This document shows, one piece after another, positions 24,341 to 33,737 of a DNA stretch of 58,123 nucleotides. Source of the stretch: an uncultured bacterium (lineage in GTDB: Bacteria; Patescibacteriota; Minisyncoccia; Phycocordibacterales; CAIJYI01). The stretch lies in NCBI GenBank assembly GCA_903824855.1, contig CAIJYI010000022.1, positions 1 through 58,123 on the forward strand, given 5' to 3'. The translations under genes and the position numbers were made by a program. The notes beneath the pieces were generated by a model. That model saw only the letters and a program-made list of their open reading frames with translations. It did not search any database and was not told the origin of the DNA. Positions within the stretch are counted from its first letter, which is position 1. Every line of letters starts with the position of its first letter.

Positions 24341-25882
24341 ATGAAAAAAAACAAAAACGCAGATATCGCAGTTGAAAACTATATCGGAATAATCGGCGGA
24401 TTGATATCTAAACTTCGACTTGAAGTCGGGATGACACAACAGGAGCTTGCGGAAAAAATCGGTTCAACACAAAGTGCGATAGCGAGGATTGAACGAGGTG
24501 AACAAAATATCTCTACGGAAATGGTAGCGAAGATTGAGAACGCTCTTAATAGAAATATAGTTCAGATAGCGAATGGTTCAATAAATATTCGTATAGAAGG
24601 AGGGAGAAAACTTTCCGGAAAGATTGCTACAAAAACATCAAAAAATGGAGCAATGGGTCTTCTTGCTGCATCGCTTCTCAATAAAGATAAGACCACGTTG
24701 AAAAATGTCCCGAAAATTGAGGAGGTAAACAGAATGGTGGAAGTTCTTCAATCAATCGGGGTATCGGTAAAATGGCAGGGAAGTGATCTCGAAATAAAAC
24801 CACCGGAGAAATTTAATCTTGATGCGATAGACGTTGTTGCTGCACAAAAAACGAGAAGTATCGTAATGCTTATCGGTTCACTCATTCATCATTTCAAATC
24901 CTTTAAACTCCCTCAGCCGGGCGGTTGTAAATTAGGTTCTCGTACCGTAAAGCCACATCTTTTTGCTCTGGAAAATTTCGGCGTTCATGTCGCAACGAAA
25001 GAAAAATATTATGAGGTGACGAGTCCAAAACTTCACCCGAGCGAAATTATCCTTTACGAGTCCGGCGATACCGTCACGGAAAATACAATTATTGCTGCCG
25101 CACTCATTCCGGGAACTACCGTTATTAAATATGCTTCGTCAAATTACATGGGGCAGGAGGTTTGTTTTTTTCTGGAGAAATGCGGTGTAAAAATTGAGGG
25201 AATTGGTACGACGACGATAACCGTTCACGGTGTTAAAGAAATAAATACCCCGGTAACATATTTTCTATCAGAGGATCCGATTGAATCAATGTTCTTTATT
25301 GCAACAGCAATAGTGACAAAATCTTCGTTAATCATTGAACGTTGCCCGATTGATTTTCTTGAATTGGAACTCTACAAACTTGAAAAAATGGGTTTCAAAT
25401 ATAAAATTTTAAAACGTTATAAAGCTCTTAACGGAAAAACAAATTTGGTGGATATCCAAACGTTTCCTTCTAACCTTATTGCACTCGAAGAAAAAATAGA
25501 TGCCCGACCATATCCCGGATTAAACATTGATAATCTTCCGTTCTTTGCCGTCATCGCCACACAGGCAAAAGGCCAAACCCTTATACATGATTGGGTTTAT
25601 GAAAAAAGAGCCATTCATACGAAGGATATTGATAAACTTGGCGCCGATACGGTATTAGCAGATCCTCACCGACTCTATATTACGGGGCCGACAAAGCTTC
25701 GCCCTGCGGAGGTTATTTGTCCACCGGCACTTCGTCCTGCCGCTATTCTTCTTATTGGAATGCTCGCAGCCGAAGGTGTTTCCGTATTGCGAAATATTTA
25801 TTCTATCAATCGTGGTTACGAAGATCTTATTGTACGATTAAATACTCTTGGGGCTAGAGTTTCTATTCTCCGCGAATTCTAA
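24341..25882 (+). CDS. murA: XRE-type HTH domain fused to UDP-N-acetylglucosamine 1-carboxyvinyltransferase (MurA)
   Basis: 513 aa. Residues ~17-70 MTQQELAEKIGSTQSAIARIERGEQNIS (HTH_XRE). Residues ~81-513 full-length MurA (KLSGKIATKTSKNGAMGLLAASLL; active-site PGGCKLGSR). Confidence 0.85.
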   Translation: MKKNKNADIAVENYIGIIGGLISKLRLEVGMTQQELAEKIGSTQSAIARIERGEQNISTEMVAKIENALNRNIVQIANGSINIRIEGGRKLSGKIATKTSKNGAMGLLAASLLNKDKTTLKNVPKIEEVNRMVEVLQSIGVSVKWQGSDLEIKPPEKFNLDAIDVVAAQKTRSIVMLIGSLIHHFKSFKLPQPGGCKLGSRTVKPHLFALENFGVHVATKEKYYEVTSPKLHPSEIILYESGDTVTENTIIAAALIPGTTVIKYASSNYMGQEVCFFLEKCGVKIEGIGTTTITVHGVKEINTPVTYFLSEDPIESMFFIATAIVTKSSLIIERCPIDFLELELYKLEKMGFKYKILKRYKALNGKTNLVDIQTFPSNLIALEEKIDARPYPGLNIDNLPFFAVIATQAKGQTLIHDWVYEKRAIHTKDIDKLGADTVLADPHRLYITGPTKLRPAEVICPPALRPAAILLIGMLAAEGVSVLRNIYSINRGYEDLIVRLNTLGARVSILREF

Positions 25883-26013
25883 ATTATTATTTTATTATTA
25901 GTGAAATAATATTGTAGAAGTTTCTCTCTAGTTATCCACAAGTGATAATCTCTTTTGTGATGAATGTGATATTATGGAGTAAAGATCTACGAGAAATAAT
26001 TCTCCTATTAATT

Positions 26014-27303
26014 ATGATAAACAACGAACTTTTAAACTTTATAAAAGAGCGGGTTTCCCAGGGGACAACCAAGGAACAGATTTCTGATATGCTCGTTACT
26101 CATGGAGGTTGGGACGCTAAAGATGTTGATGAAGCATTCGATACTATCGGCCTCTTAGGTTCTTCGATGCCTTCCATTGTGAGTTCAATGACAAAAATGG
26201 CGGATGTGGCAAAAATTTCGACCATTCAAACCCCGGTAGAAGAAAAACCTGTAAACCCAGTCCGTCCTATTAGTATAGGTTTTGATGCGAACACTAAATC
26301 GTTAGCATCTAATTTAAACGTCACAAACCCTGTTCATGTATCTCAACCGATTTCTACTCCTGTCACAATAGTAAGTCCAATTGAAACACCAATTACTGCG
26401 AAGCCCGTTACATCGCCGATAGTTACCAGCCCTCTTACCGCTCCTGCACCGACAATAACCGCCACTCCGGCAGTTGCTGTTTTGCCAATCGTCGAACAAC
26501 ACGAACAAACCCCAATCGCGGTTACTCATATTTCTAAACCGACTGAACCGGTAGTTTCAAATATTTCGTTCAATTCGGAGAAAGTTTCTGATGTCTCTGA
26601 GCCCGAGATGTTCACACAAAAAACACTTGAACCGACCATTCAAACATCACCAATCACCACAGAAAAACCTCGAATTATTCCATCAGCCTCACCTGTAATT
26701 TCACCGACAGACAACGAAAGAAAACCGTCTGCTTCACTAAACACGGGCGTCATTTCAGGGGATACATCACTTGCTGAAATGAGGGCACGCTTTGCTGCAG
26801 GTGCCTCAGTAACACCAGTAACACCTCCAGTAGAAACCTTTCCAAAACAACCGGCTGTTACTTCTTCAATTCAAACCCCGAACGTCGTTAAGACCTCACC
26901 TTTTCAAGAAGTAGCCCCCACTCCAAGTGTGTATCCGGTGTCTCAAAACCCAAACCTTTCCCCTCATACACAATCCGGAATGATTCCGACCATGAACGCT
27001 CAACAATCTTCTCCGTTTTCAACCTCTGCAGTAAAGCCAATTCAACGCTCCGAACCGGCCACTTTTGCCCCGATGCCCGCTCGAAAATTATCCAATGCCG
27101 TCATTTCAAATCAGCCAATGTCGACAGCCTCACGAAAAAATTCCCCTCCAGCAAAAGGAAGAAAATTACTGGCATTCATTATGTTTCTCATTGGTTTAGT
27201 TCTTGGCGCAGTAGCGATGCACGCTTATATAAATGAATATTTTGATCCTGTTATTAACTGGGCGCAAAATAATGTCCCCGGACTACAGAGTCCAACAAGC
27301 TAA
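26014..27303 (+). CDS. P/T/S/V-rich low-complexity protein with C-terminal TM anchor
   Basis: Small N-terminal domain (MINNELLNFIKERVSQGTTKEQISDML..), ~330 aa Pro/Thr/Ser/Val-rich region, TM LLAFIMFLIGLVLGAVAM; start uncertain (track: 25942). Confidence 0.6.
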   Translation: MINNELLNFIKERVSQGTTKEQISDMLVTHGGWDAKDVDEAFDTIGLLGSSMPSIVSSMTKMADVAKISTIQTPVEEKPVNPVRPISIGFDANTKSLASNLNVTNPVHVSQPISTPVTIVSPIETPITAKPVTSPIVTSPLTAPAPTITATPAVAVLPIVEQHEQTPIAVTHISKPTEPVVSNISFNSEKVSDVSEPEMFTQKTLEPTIQTSPITTEKPRIIPSASPVISPTDNERKPSASLNTGVISGDTSLAEMRARFAAGASVTPVTPPVETFPKQPAVTSSIQTPNVVKTSPFQEVAPTPSVYPVSQNPNLSPHTQSGMIPTMNAQQSSPFSTSAVKPIQRSEPATFAPMPARKLSNAVISNQPMSTASRKNSPPAKGRKLLAFIMFLIGLVLGAVAMHAYINEYFDPVINWAQNNVPGLQSPTS

Positions 27304-27313
27304 TTTAATTACA

Positions 27314-27344
27314 AAACCCCCGGAGACAGGGGGTTTGTTTTTTT
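27314..27344 (+). terminator. Intrinsic terminator
   Basis: aaaaccccc...gggggttt followed by a T-run. Confidence 0.85.
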
Positions 27345-27423
27345 ATTGACAAATAAACAAAAATTCTGTTTACTTATACACAGGTTTGTTATTTTATAAT
27401 AATAATTGAATAGGGAGGTTTTT

Positions 27424-28548
27424 GTGGCTAAGCTTTGGAAGACGGGCGGACCATACTCAGATTTCTTTTTCTCATTTGAAAAGGAGGAGAAACAGGCGAT
27501 TCTCTATATTCGTAATATTGATAGGAAACAATTTATTCGAACTCAACCTGAACTTTTCTCATTTGACTGTTTTTCACTTAAAAATATAAACGAAACGAAG
27601 TGCGATGAAAATCGTTTATGGTTCAATCCTAATCTGAAAAAGGGAAATGCGGGGGTTCTTATTCTTGTTACTTCAAACACAAGAAAGGAGCTAATTGATA
27701 TTCCGGAAAGATTTTTTCATTCCAAGAATGCGCAGGTTTCAAAAAGGGTATATTTACAAGAGGAAGATCTTTTTGATTATTCTTCTCGAGAAGTACAAGG
27801 CGTCGTTTCTCAAATAAATAATACACTTTCAGTCGAGAAAAAAGGCAATCCATATTTTCAAGCGCTCTCAGCACTTCAGTGGTCAAATTGGAATATAAAA
27901 TATTGCCGCGCAACAAAAGAGATGGTAAAAAAACTGGAGAAATCACTTTACCAATATCCAAATCATGATATTTATTCTCTTCTTCTTGAAACGTTTACCT
28001 CAAATGAACTTCCCGGAAACATGAGCGAGATTAAAAAAATTGCATCTGATATAATCGTTCCCGGATATATGACAAAAAATTTTCAGAAGGCATGCTATAT
28101 TCTCAATGAATTTGATAGAAAACATCCGTTTTTTTTGGAGCGATGGCCGTTCGAAAATTATCTCTCAGCAAGTAATACCATTCGCAATCGATTAGGAAAA
28201 TGTGATTGTATAACCCATGTATTTATCGCTCTTTGCAGAGCTATGGGAATTCCGGCAATTAAAATTCTCGGACAATTACATCCCGAAGGATGGCATGCAT
28301 GGGCGTCAATATATCTTCATCCTTTTGGGTGGATTGATGTTGACCCGACGAATAGTTCACGCTTTGAAAAATTTAATCATCGAAGTCATCTTTATCACAT
28401 ACTCGGCCCGCAATTCAAAGGAGAAGTTGATTTTTTACCTCTTGATGAACCGATAACCGACGAGATGATTCATTCATGCAAAAAATTCTATGAGCAATCA
28501 TCCGTGAATCCTTCACTCTATTCATTATTATCATCTATAGAAAAATAG
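27424..28548 (+). CDS. Transglutaminase-like cysteine protease-fold protein
   Basis: GKCDCITHVFIALCRAMGIPA...GWHAWASIY...WIDVDPTN (Cys-His-Asp core); GTG 27424 sits 6 nt after gggagg. Confidence 0.75.
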   Translation: MAKLWKTGGPYSDFFFSFEKEEKQAILYIRNIDRKQFIRTQPELFSFDCFSLKNINETKCDENRLWFNPNLKKGNAGVLILVTSNTRKELIDIPERFFHSKNAQVSKRVYLQEEDLFDYSSREVQGVVSQINNTLSVEKKGNPYFQALSALQWSNWNIKYCRATKEMVKKLEKSLYQYPNHDIYSLLLETFTSNELPGNMSEIKKIASDIIVPGYMTKNFQKACYILNEFDRKHPFFLERWPFENYLSASNTIRNRLGKCDCITHVFIALCRAMGIPAIKILGQLHPEGWHAWASIYLHPFGWIDVDPTNSSRFEKFNHRSHLYHILGPQFKGEVDFLPLDEPITDEMIHSCKKFYEQSSVNPSLYSLLSSIEK

Positions 28549-28553
28549 ACGAC

Positions 28554-28582
28554 ACAGGCCAAATTTATTGGCCTGTTTTTTT
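28554..28582 (+). terminator. Intrinsic terminator
   Basis: acaggcc...ggcctgt followed by a T-run. Confidence 0.8.
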
Positions 28583-28583
28583 A

Positions 28584-28612
28584 TTGACAATATTTATTAT
28601 TTTAGGTACGAT
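28584..28612 (+). promoter_or_regulatory. Promoter TTGACA-17-TACGAT
   Basis: TTGACA at 28584-28589 (the track's TTG start codon is this -35 box), TACGAT at 28607-28612. Confidence 0.6.
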
Positions 28613-28624
28613 TGCCTGTGTCAC

Positions 28625-28660
28625 TCCGCGGCACAAACATGTCTGCGGATTTTGTTTTTT
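28625..28660 (+). promoter_or_regulatory. Terminator-like hairpin plus T-tract inside the 5' leader (possible attenuator)
   Basis: tccgcgg (28625-31) / ctgcgga (28643-49) followed by ttttgtttttt, between the promoter and ATG 28701. Confidence 0.4.
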
Positions 28661-28700
28661 GAAAATACACTCAATAAATTCCAATAGAGGAGTAGTAAAT

Positions 28701-29597
28701 ATGAAAGAAATTCATGTCCCGAAATTTATAAATAAAATAGAATCAAAATTGGATCGCACTGTGAAATATGTCTTTTCCTCCCCTGAAATTATAGAATGCA
28801 GTTATATTGATAAACAGGATGGAAAAGATATTCTTTGCGTACCAACGCAAACATCCTGTAACCTCGGTTGTAAATTTTGTTTTCTCTCCGACTACAAAAT
28901 GAAAGTGAGAAATTTAACCGCGGATGAAATTGTCCAATCTATCGACTATACGATAAAAGATATGGAACTTCCGAAAAAGAACGTTGTTTTACTCATTTCA
29001 TTTATGGGTTGTGGCGAACCTTTGCTCAATCTGAAAAACGTTATTTCTGCAATGATAATCCTTCGTAAAAAATATCAAAAGAAATATTGTATCGTAAGAT
29101 TTGCCGTCGCAACACTCGTCCCAAAGATTTTGCCGTTCAAACGACTTACTGAACAGGTGATTAAAAATAATCTTCAAGTTAAGGTTCATTTGTCGCTTCA
29201 TTCTCCTTTTCAGGATATTCGGGAAAAGCTTATGCCTGGCGCCTTCCATATTTGGGATAGCTTGTGGTGGCTCGAACAATATATCGAAAGAACGGGGAAC
29301 TCGGCCGAAATTCATTATTCCATGATTGATGGAGTAAATGATAAGGAAAACGATTTAAAACAACTCATTCAGCTGTTCGGAACAAAAAAGATACCCATAA
29401 AATTTCTTGCATATAATGAAAAACCTTCGATTGAATTAAAACAATCGAAACGTGTAGAATATTTTCGAGAAGAACTTTCGAAGTATGGAATTGTGACTGA
29501 ATATTATGTACCGCCCGGTCGTGATATCGGGAGCAGTTGCGGTCAATTCCTCATGGAATATTATTTACAGTATAATAAGAAAAGGATAGTTAGTTAA
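28701..29597 (+). CDS. RlmN/Cfr-family radical SAM methyltransferase-like, short N-terminus
   Basis: 298 aa; LCVPTQTSCNLGCKFC (CX3CX2C), MGCGEPLLN, C-terminal SSCGQF; SD agaggag. Confidence 0.75.
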   Translation: MKEIHVPKFINKIESKLDRTVKYVFSSPEIIECSYIDKQDGKDILCVPTQTSCNLGCKFCFLSDYKMKVRNLTADEIVQSIDYTIKDMELPKKNVVLLISFMGCGEPLLNLKNVISAMIILRKKYQKKYCIVRFAVATLVPKILPFKRLTEQVIKNNLQVKVHLSLHSPFQDIREKLMPGAFHIWDSLWWLEQYIERTGNSAEIHYSMIDGVNDKENDLKQLIQLFGTKKIPIKFLAYNEKPSIELKQSKRVEYFREELSKYGIVTEYYVPPGRDIGSSCGQFLMEYYLQYNKKRIVS

Positions 29598-29603
29598 TCA
29601 TTT

Positions 29604-29629
29604 AACCCCCGAAATATTCGGGGGTTTTT
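29604..29629 (+). terminator. Intrinsic terminator
   Basis: aacccccg...cgggggtt followed by a T-run. Confidence 0.85.
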
Positions 29630-29684
29630 ATTATATTTTGTCAATTTGCACCATTTGAATATTTCGTCTATTATTAATTCACAT

Positions 29685-30698
29685 ATGGGATTCTTCACTA
29701 AAAAACTCGGCATCGACTTAGGGACGGCAAATACATTAGTATACGTTCCCGGAAAAGGTATCGTATTGAACGAACCTTCTGTTGTGGCTGTTTCTCCTCA
29801 CGATAACAAAATTCTTGCCGTTGGTTTAGATGCCAAGCAAATGATAGGACGTACTCCTGATGATATAACCGCCTATCGGCCTATGCGCGATGGCGTTATC
29901 GCCGATTATCGTGTCACCGAGGCAATGCTTCGTTATTTTATCAACAAAGCTCTCGGGAAATGGAGTCTCTTCAAGCCGGAAGTCATGATTTCTGTCCCCG
30001 CCGGTGTTACCTCAACAGAACGAAGAGCGGTCGTCGAAGCTGCGGTTCGAGCCGGAGCAAAAAACGCTTATGTCGTAAAGGAACCCATCCTTGCTGCCAT
30101 TGGAGCCGGAATTCCCATTCACGAACCGTGTGGCCATATGGTTGTTGATATCGGAGGAGGTACCACCGATGTCGCCGTTATTTCGCTCGGAGGTATTGTC
30201 GCTTCTAAATCTGTGAAATGCGCCGGAGACAAAATTGACCGCGCCATTGCCGATTATATAAAAAAAGTTTTTAACCTCGCCATCGGAGACAAGACGGCCG
30301 AAACCATCAAAATAAAAATTGGATCAGCTATTCCTTTAGAAGAAGAAATCGCTCTTATTATTAAAGGCCGAGATTTTATTTCCGGACTTCCGCGCTCTGC
30401 AAATATCAGCACGAATGAAATCGTAAAAGCGATACAAATGGAACTCATCGAAATCGTCAAGACAATTAAAGACGTACTCCAGGATACTCCACCCGAACTT
30501 TCCGCAGATATTATTGACCAGGGGATTATTATGACAGGCGGTTCTTCCATGCTCCGAAATCTTCCGGAATTAGTTTTCCGAAAAACAGGAGTTAAGGCTC
30601 GCCTCGCCGAAGATGCGCTTTATTGCGTCTCAAAAGGCACCGGAATCACTCTGGAACACCTAGATACTTATAAGAAAAGTATCATCGCAAAGAAATAA
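29685..30698 (+). CDS. mreB: Rod shape-determining protein MreB (copy 1)
   Basis: GIDLGTANTLVY, DIGGGTTD, actin-fold motifs; start at ATG 29685 (MGFFTKKLGIDLGT). Confidence 0.9.
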   Translation: MGFFTKKLGIDLGTANTLVYVPGKGIVLNEPSVVAVSPHDNKILAVGLDAKQMIGRTPDDITAYRPMRDGVIADYRVTEAMLRYFINKALGKWSLFKPEVMISVPAGVTSTERRAVVEAAVRAGAKNAYVVKEPILAAIGAGIPIHEPCGHMVVDIGGGTTDVAVISLGGIVASKSVKCAGDKIDRAIADYIKKVFNLAIGDKTAETIKIKIGSAIPLEEEIALIIKGRDFISGLPRSANISTNEIVKAIQMELIEIVKTIKDVLQDTPPELSADIIDQGIIMTGGSSMLRNLPELVFRKTGVKARLAEDALYCVSKGTGITLEHLDTYKKSIIAKK

Positions 30699-30747
30699 GC
30701 AGGCCATGAGCTTTTAAGTGTAAGCTTTTAGGATTGCTCATCTCATT

Positions 30748-31437
30748 ATGAATTCAAATTGGAAACAAAAAATAGGGAATAGGGAGAACGGGCTTTCTCA
30801 CCACGCTTTTCTTTTGGAGGGGGAAATTTCTTCAAATGTATTGGAATTGCGCAATTTTCTGGAAAGTGAAATGGAAATCGTCACTACTGCGAATCCCGAT
30901 TATTTCCAGTTAGTCTTAGAAACATTTGGTATTGATGATGCGAGAGATTTAAAAGAAACACAATCGCGCCACTCATTCAAGGAGAACGGGAAAAAAATAT
31001 TTATTATCGGTGCAAATATTTTTACCGTTGAAGCACAGAATTCTTTGCTTAAAGTTTTCGAGGAACCGACCGAAGGAACACATTTTTTTGTATTAACGCC
31101 ATCATCACAATTTTTTCTTCCAACACTTCTTTCGCGCGTTGTTTGTATCTATAATGAAGGGGGTTCCAACAACGAAGAGGTTACAGAATTTCTCAAAAAA
31201 TCCTATCTCGAGCGCTTGTTATTTGTTGTGGAACTTAAAGATGACCACGCTCATGCAAAACGTTTTATTGAAGACGTAACGAAATATTTTTACGAAAAAT
31301 ACCCCGCAGAAAAACGTTCAAAAGAAATATCAAAAACCCTTGAATTACTTATCGATTATCGATCCTATGCCAACGGAAAGGCACCATCTCTAAAAAATAT
31401 GCTTGAACATATAGCTCTCGTTGCCCCCGCACAATAA
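30748..31437 (+). CDS. holB: DNA polymerase III delta'-like clamp-loader subunit
   Basis: 229 aa; HAFLLEG, AQNSLLKVFEEP, LLSRV motifs. Confidence 0.7.
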   Translation: MNSNWKQKIGNRENGLSHHAFLLEGEISSNVLELRNFLESEMEIVTTANPDYFQLVLETFGIDDARDLKETQSRHSFKENGKKIFIIGANIFTVEAQNSLLKVFEEPTEGTHFFVLTPSSQFFLPTLLSRVVCIYNEGGSNNEEVTEFLKKSYLERLLFVVELKDDHAHAKRFIEDVTKYFYEKYPAEKRSKEISKTLELLIDYRSYANGKAPSLKNMLEHIALVAPAQ

Positions 31438-31504
31438 AAAAGAATGCTTCTTTTTTTTCATTTTTTTTGATATACTTTATACATAATAAATTAATTAACT
31501 TTTT

Positions 31505-32056
31505 ATGGCATACGACTTCACCGCATTTAAAAAAGGACTTCTCACTGTTGAAGAATGGTTGAGTAATGAATATTTAACGGTGAGAACCGGCCGAGCAACC
31601 CCGGCTATTTTGGATAGCGTATGGCTCGAATCATACGGAGCGAGAACTCCGATAAAACACGTCGCCAGTATTTCCATCGAGGACGCAAGGACAATTCGTG
31701 TTTCTCCCTGGGATAAAGCACAAATAAAAGCCATTGAAAAAGCTATTGCGGAAGCTAATCTCGGACTTGGCACTTCTTCAGATTCTCAAGGGGTGAGAGT
31801 ATTCTTCCCCGAATTAACGGCCGAGCGACGCACGGCATTAATGAAAGTTGTTCGCGAGAAACTTGAACACGCACGTGTTTCAGTGAGATCTGAAAGAGAT
31901 GAAATTTGGAGTGATCTTCAAGAGAAAGAAAGAGACGGTGAAATAGCTGAGGATGAAAAATTCCGATTGAAGGAAGAAATGCAGAAATTTGTTGATTCAA
32001 CAAACTCCAAACTCGAAGAAATGTCCATCAGAAAAGAAAAAGAAATTTCCGAATAA
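31505..32056 (+). CDS. frr: Ribosome recycling factor
   Basis: 183 aa; canonical RRF sequence (LTVRTGRATPAILD..., LTAERR). Confidence 0.92.
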   Translation: MAYDFTAFKKGLLTVEEWLSNEYLTVRTGRATPAILDSVWLESYGARTPIKHVASISIEDARTIRVSPWDKAQIKAIEKAIAEANLGLGTSSDSQGVRVFFPELTAERRTALMKVVREKLEHARVSVRSERDEIWSDLQEKERDGEIAEDEKFRLKEEMQKFVDSTNSKLEEMSIRKEKEISE

Positions 32057-32062
32057 TAACCT

Positions 32063-33172
32063 ATGAACATTATCATTTTCATCGTTATTCTTGCGATTCT
32101 CATTCTCGCACATGAATTCGGTCATTTTATTGTGGCTAAAAAAAGCGGAATTCGCGTTGATGAATTTGGCATCGGCTTTCCTCCAAAAATCTGGGGTAAA
32201 AAATTTGGCGAAACTGAATATACTATAAATGCTCTTCCTTTCGGTGGATTTGTAAAAATATTCGGAGAAACCCCGGATGAAGAATCTATTTCCGGAAGTA
32301 CTTCTTCCAGAAGCTTTGTAAATCAACCGAAATTAATTCAGGTTGCCGTACTTTCCGCCGGTGTATTTTTCAATTTATTGTTGGCGTGGTTCTTGCTTTC
32401 ATCATCTCTCATGCTTGGAACTACGTTTTCGTCTTCGTCTCCATTACCAAATGGTGTTTGGACGGAGAAGCCGGTACTGACGATTATTGAAGTTTTAAAA
32501 AAATCACCCGCTGAAAAAAGTGGGATAAATATCGGAGATAAAATTATTTCTTATTCTGAGTCTACCGATTTATCTGTCAGTACAAATTCAACACCTGAAC
32601 AATTTCAGAATTTCATTGCTACTCACGGTACTCATCCCGTTTCTATACTCGTAGATAGGGGAGGATCAAAAAAAACAATAACAATGACTCCTGTTGTAGG
32701 TGTTACCGGCAATAAACCTGCAATCGGCATTGGAATGGATATGGTCGGAACAATGAGACTTCCATTTACGCTCGCCGTTGTAGAAGGGGCAAAATTCACT
32801 GCGCTTTATACTTCTGAAACTTTTAAGGGCATCATGGGTCTGCTTTCCGCCTCGGTTCGTGGAAAAGCAAACATGTCGGAGGTATCGGGCCCCGTCGGTA
32901 TTGTGAAGATTGTCGGAGAAGCGAGCAAGCTCGGTTTCGAACGCCTTTTAACTTTGACGGCGATTATTTCTATCAATCTTGCCGTGGTAAATATTTTACC
33001 AATCCCGGCCCTTGATGGTGGTCGCGTTTTCTTTGTTCTTATCGAAGCGGTAAAGCGTTCACCAATCAAACCGAAGTTTGCGAATGCGGTAAATACCATT
33101 GGATTCTTCGTTCTTATTGCTCTCATTATTATTATCACCTTCAGTGATATCTGGAAGATCATCGTAGGTTAG
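32063..33172 (+). CDS. rseP: RIP metalloprotease RseP-like (M50 with PDZ)
   Basis: HEFGH in TM1, central PDZ-like region, NILPIPALDGG motif. Confidence 0.88.
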   Translation: MNIIIFIVILAILILAHEFGHFIVAKKSGIRVDEFGIGFPPKIWGKKFGETEYTINALPFGGFVKIFGETPDEESISGSTSSRSFVNQPKLIQVAVLSAGVFFNLLLAWFLLSSSLMLGTTFSSSSPLPNGVWTEKPVLTIIEVLKKSPAEKSGINIGDKIISYSESTDLSVSTNSTPEQFQNFIATHGTHPVSILVDRGGSKKTITMTPVVGVTGNKPAIGIGMDMVGTMRLPFTLAVVEGAKFTALYTSETFKGIMGLLSASVRGKANMSEVSGPVGIVKIVGEASKLGFERLLTLTAIISINLAVVNILPIPALDGGRVFFVLIEAVKRSPIKPKFANAVNTIGFFVLIALIIIITFSDIWKIIVG

Positions 33173-33180
33173 CATATTAT

Positions 33181-33216
33181 AAAAAATCACAGAGCCAAGG
33201 CTCTGTGATTTTGTTT
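33181..33216. terminator. Bidirectional terminator
   Basis: aatcacagagcc...ggctctgtgatt long stem flanked by A and T runs. Confidence 0.85.
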
Positions 33217-33223
33217 TGCACGA

Positions 33224-33628
33224 TTATGAAAATAATTTCATAAAAGGATAGGCAATAATAAATGTTAGTGCGGCCCCGAAAAGCATAATCGAAAGAAGAA
33301 GAGCAACAACCAAAAGTATGAAAAGATTAAAGATTACCTTAAAACCCCAAAATACATTCATTATGAATATGTAATCATTGCGAGATACCTTATTAGGCAA
33401 GGAATCTCGATAACAATCATCATATTCGTCCTGATTAAAATTCGGGTCATTGCGTCTCAAATTTCTTCGGTCACTAATAGTTGCAATCGGCCAGAAAACA
33501 TACATTTTCCAATCAGGTTTATCGGTCCTTGAATGAAAAGTGTCATACATATAATTGGAAATTGGCCTTCCAACATAAAAATAACAAAACACTAAAACAA
33601 AAATTCCAACTCCGGATAAAATATTCAT
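33224..33628 (-). CDS. Membrane protein, unknown function
   Basis: 134 aa; TM helices at both ends. Confidence 0.5.
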   Translation of the reverse strand: MNILSGVGIFVLVFCYFYVGRPISNYMYDTFHSRTDKPDWKMYVFWPIATISDRRNLRRNDPNFNQDEYDDCYRDSLPNKVSRNDYIFIMNVFWGFKVIFNLFILLVVALLLSIMLFGAALTFIIAYPFMKLFS

Positions 33629-33737
33629 GGGATACCTCTTTGTAATATGAACGGAAATCTATCAATAAGTTTGATATATTTTATATGGAAAGTCAAATCA
33701 TTTTGATTATTTAAATAAAAAATGGTAATCTGAATAA

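Noticed and set aside
28584-28700. N-terminal extensions in the track starting at 28584, 46501, 48514 and 25942 (and TTG/GTG starts at 7914, 7951, 10044, 12786, 27406, 54678)
   Set aside because: The first three starts coincide with TTGACA/TTGACG -35 boxes. For 28584 and 48514 the extension also crosses a hairpin or another ORF. For 7914, 10044, 12786, 27406 and 54678, in-frame starts with an SD give canonical N-termini. For 7951, 46501 and 48514, a -10 box lies 6-7 nt upstream of the preferred ATG. The 25942 start remains uncertain, since the ATG preferred at 26014 has no SD.
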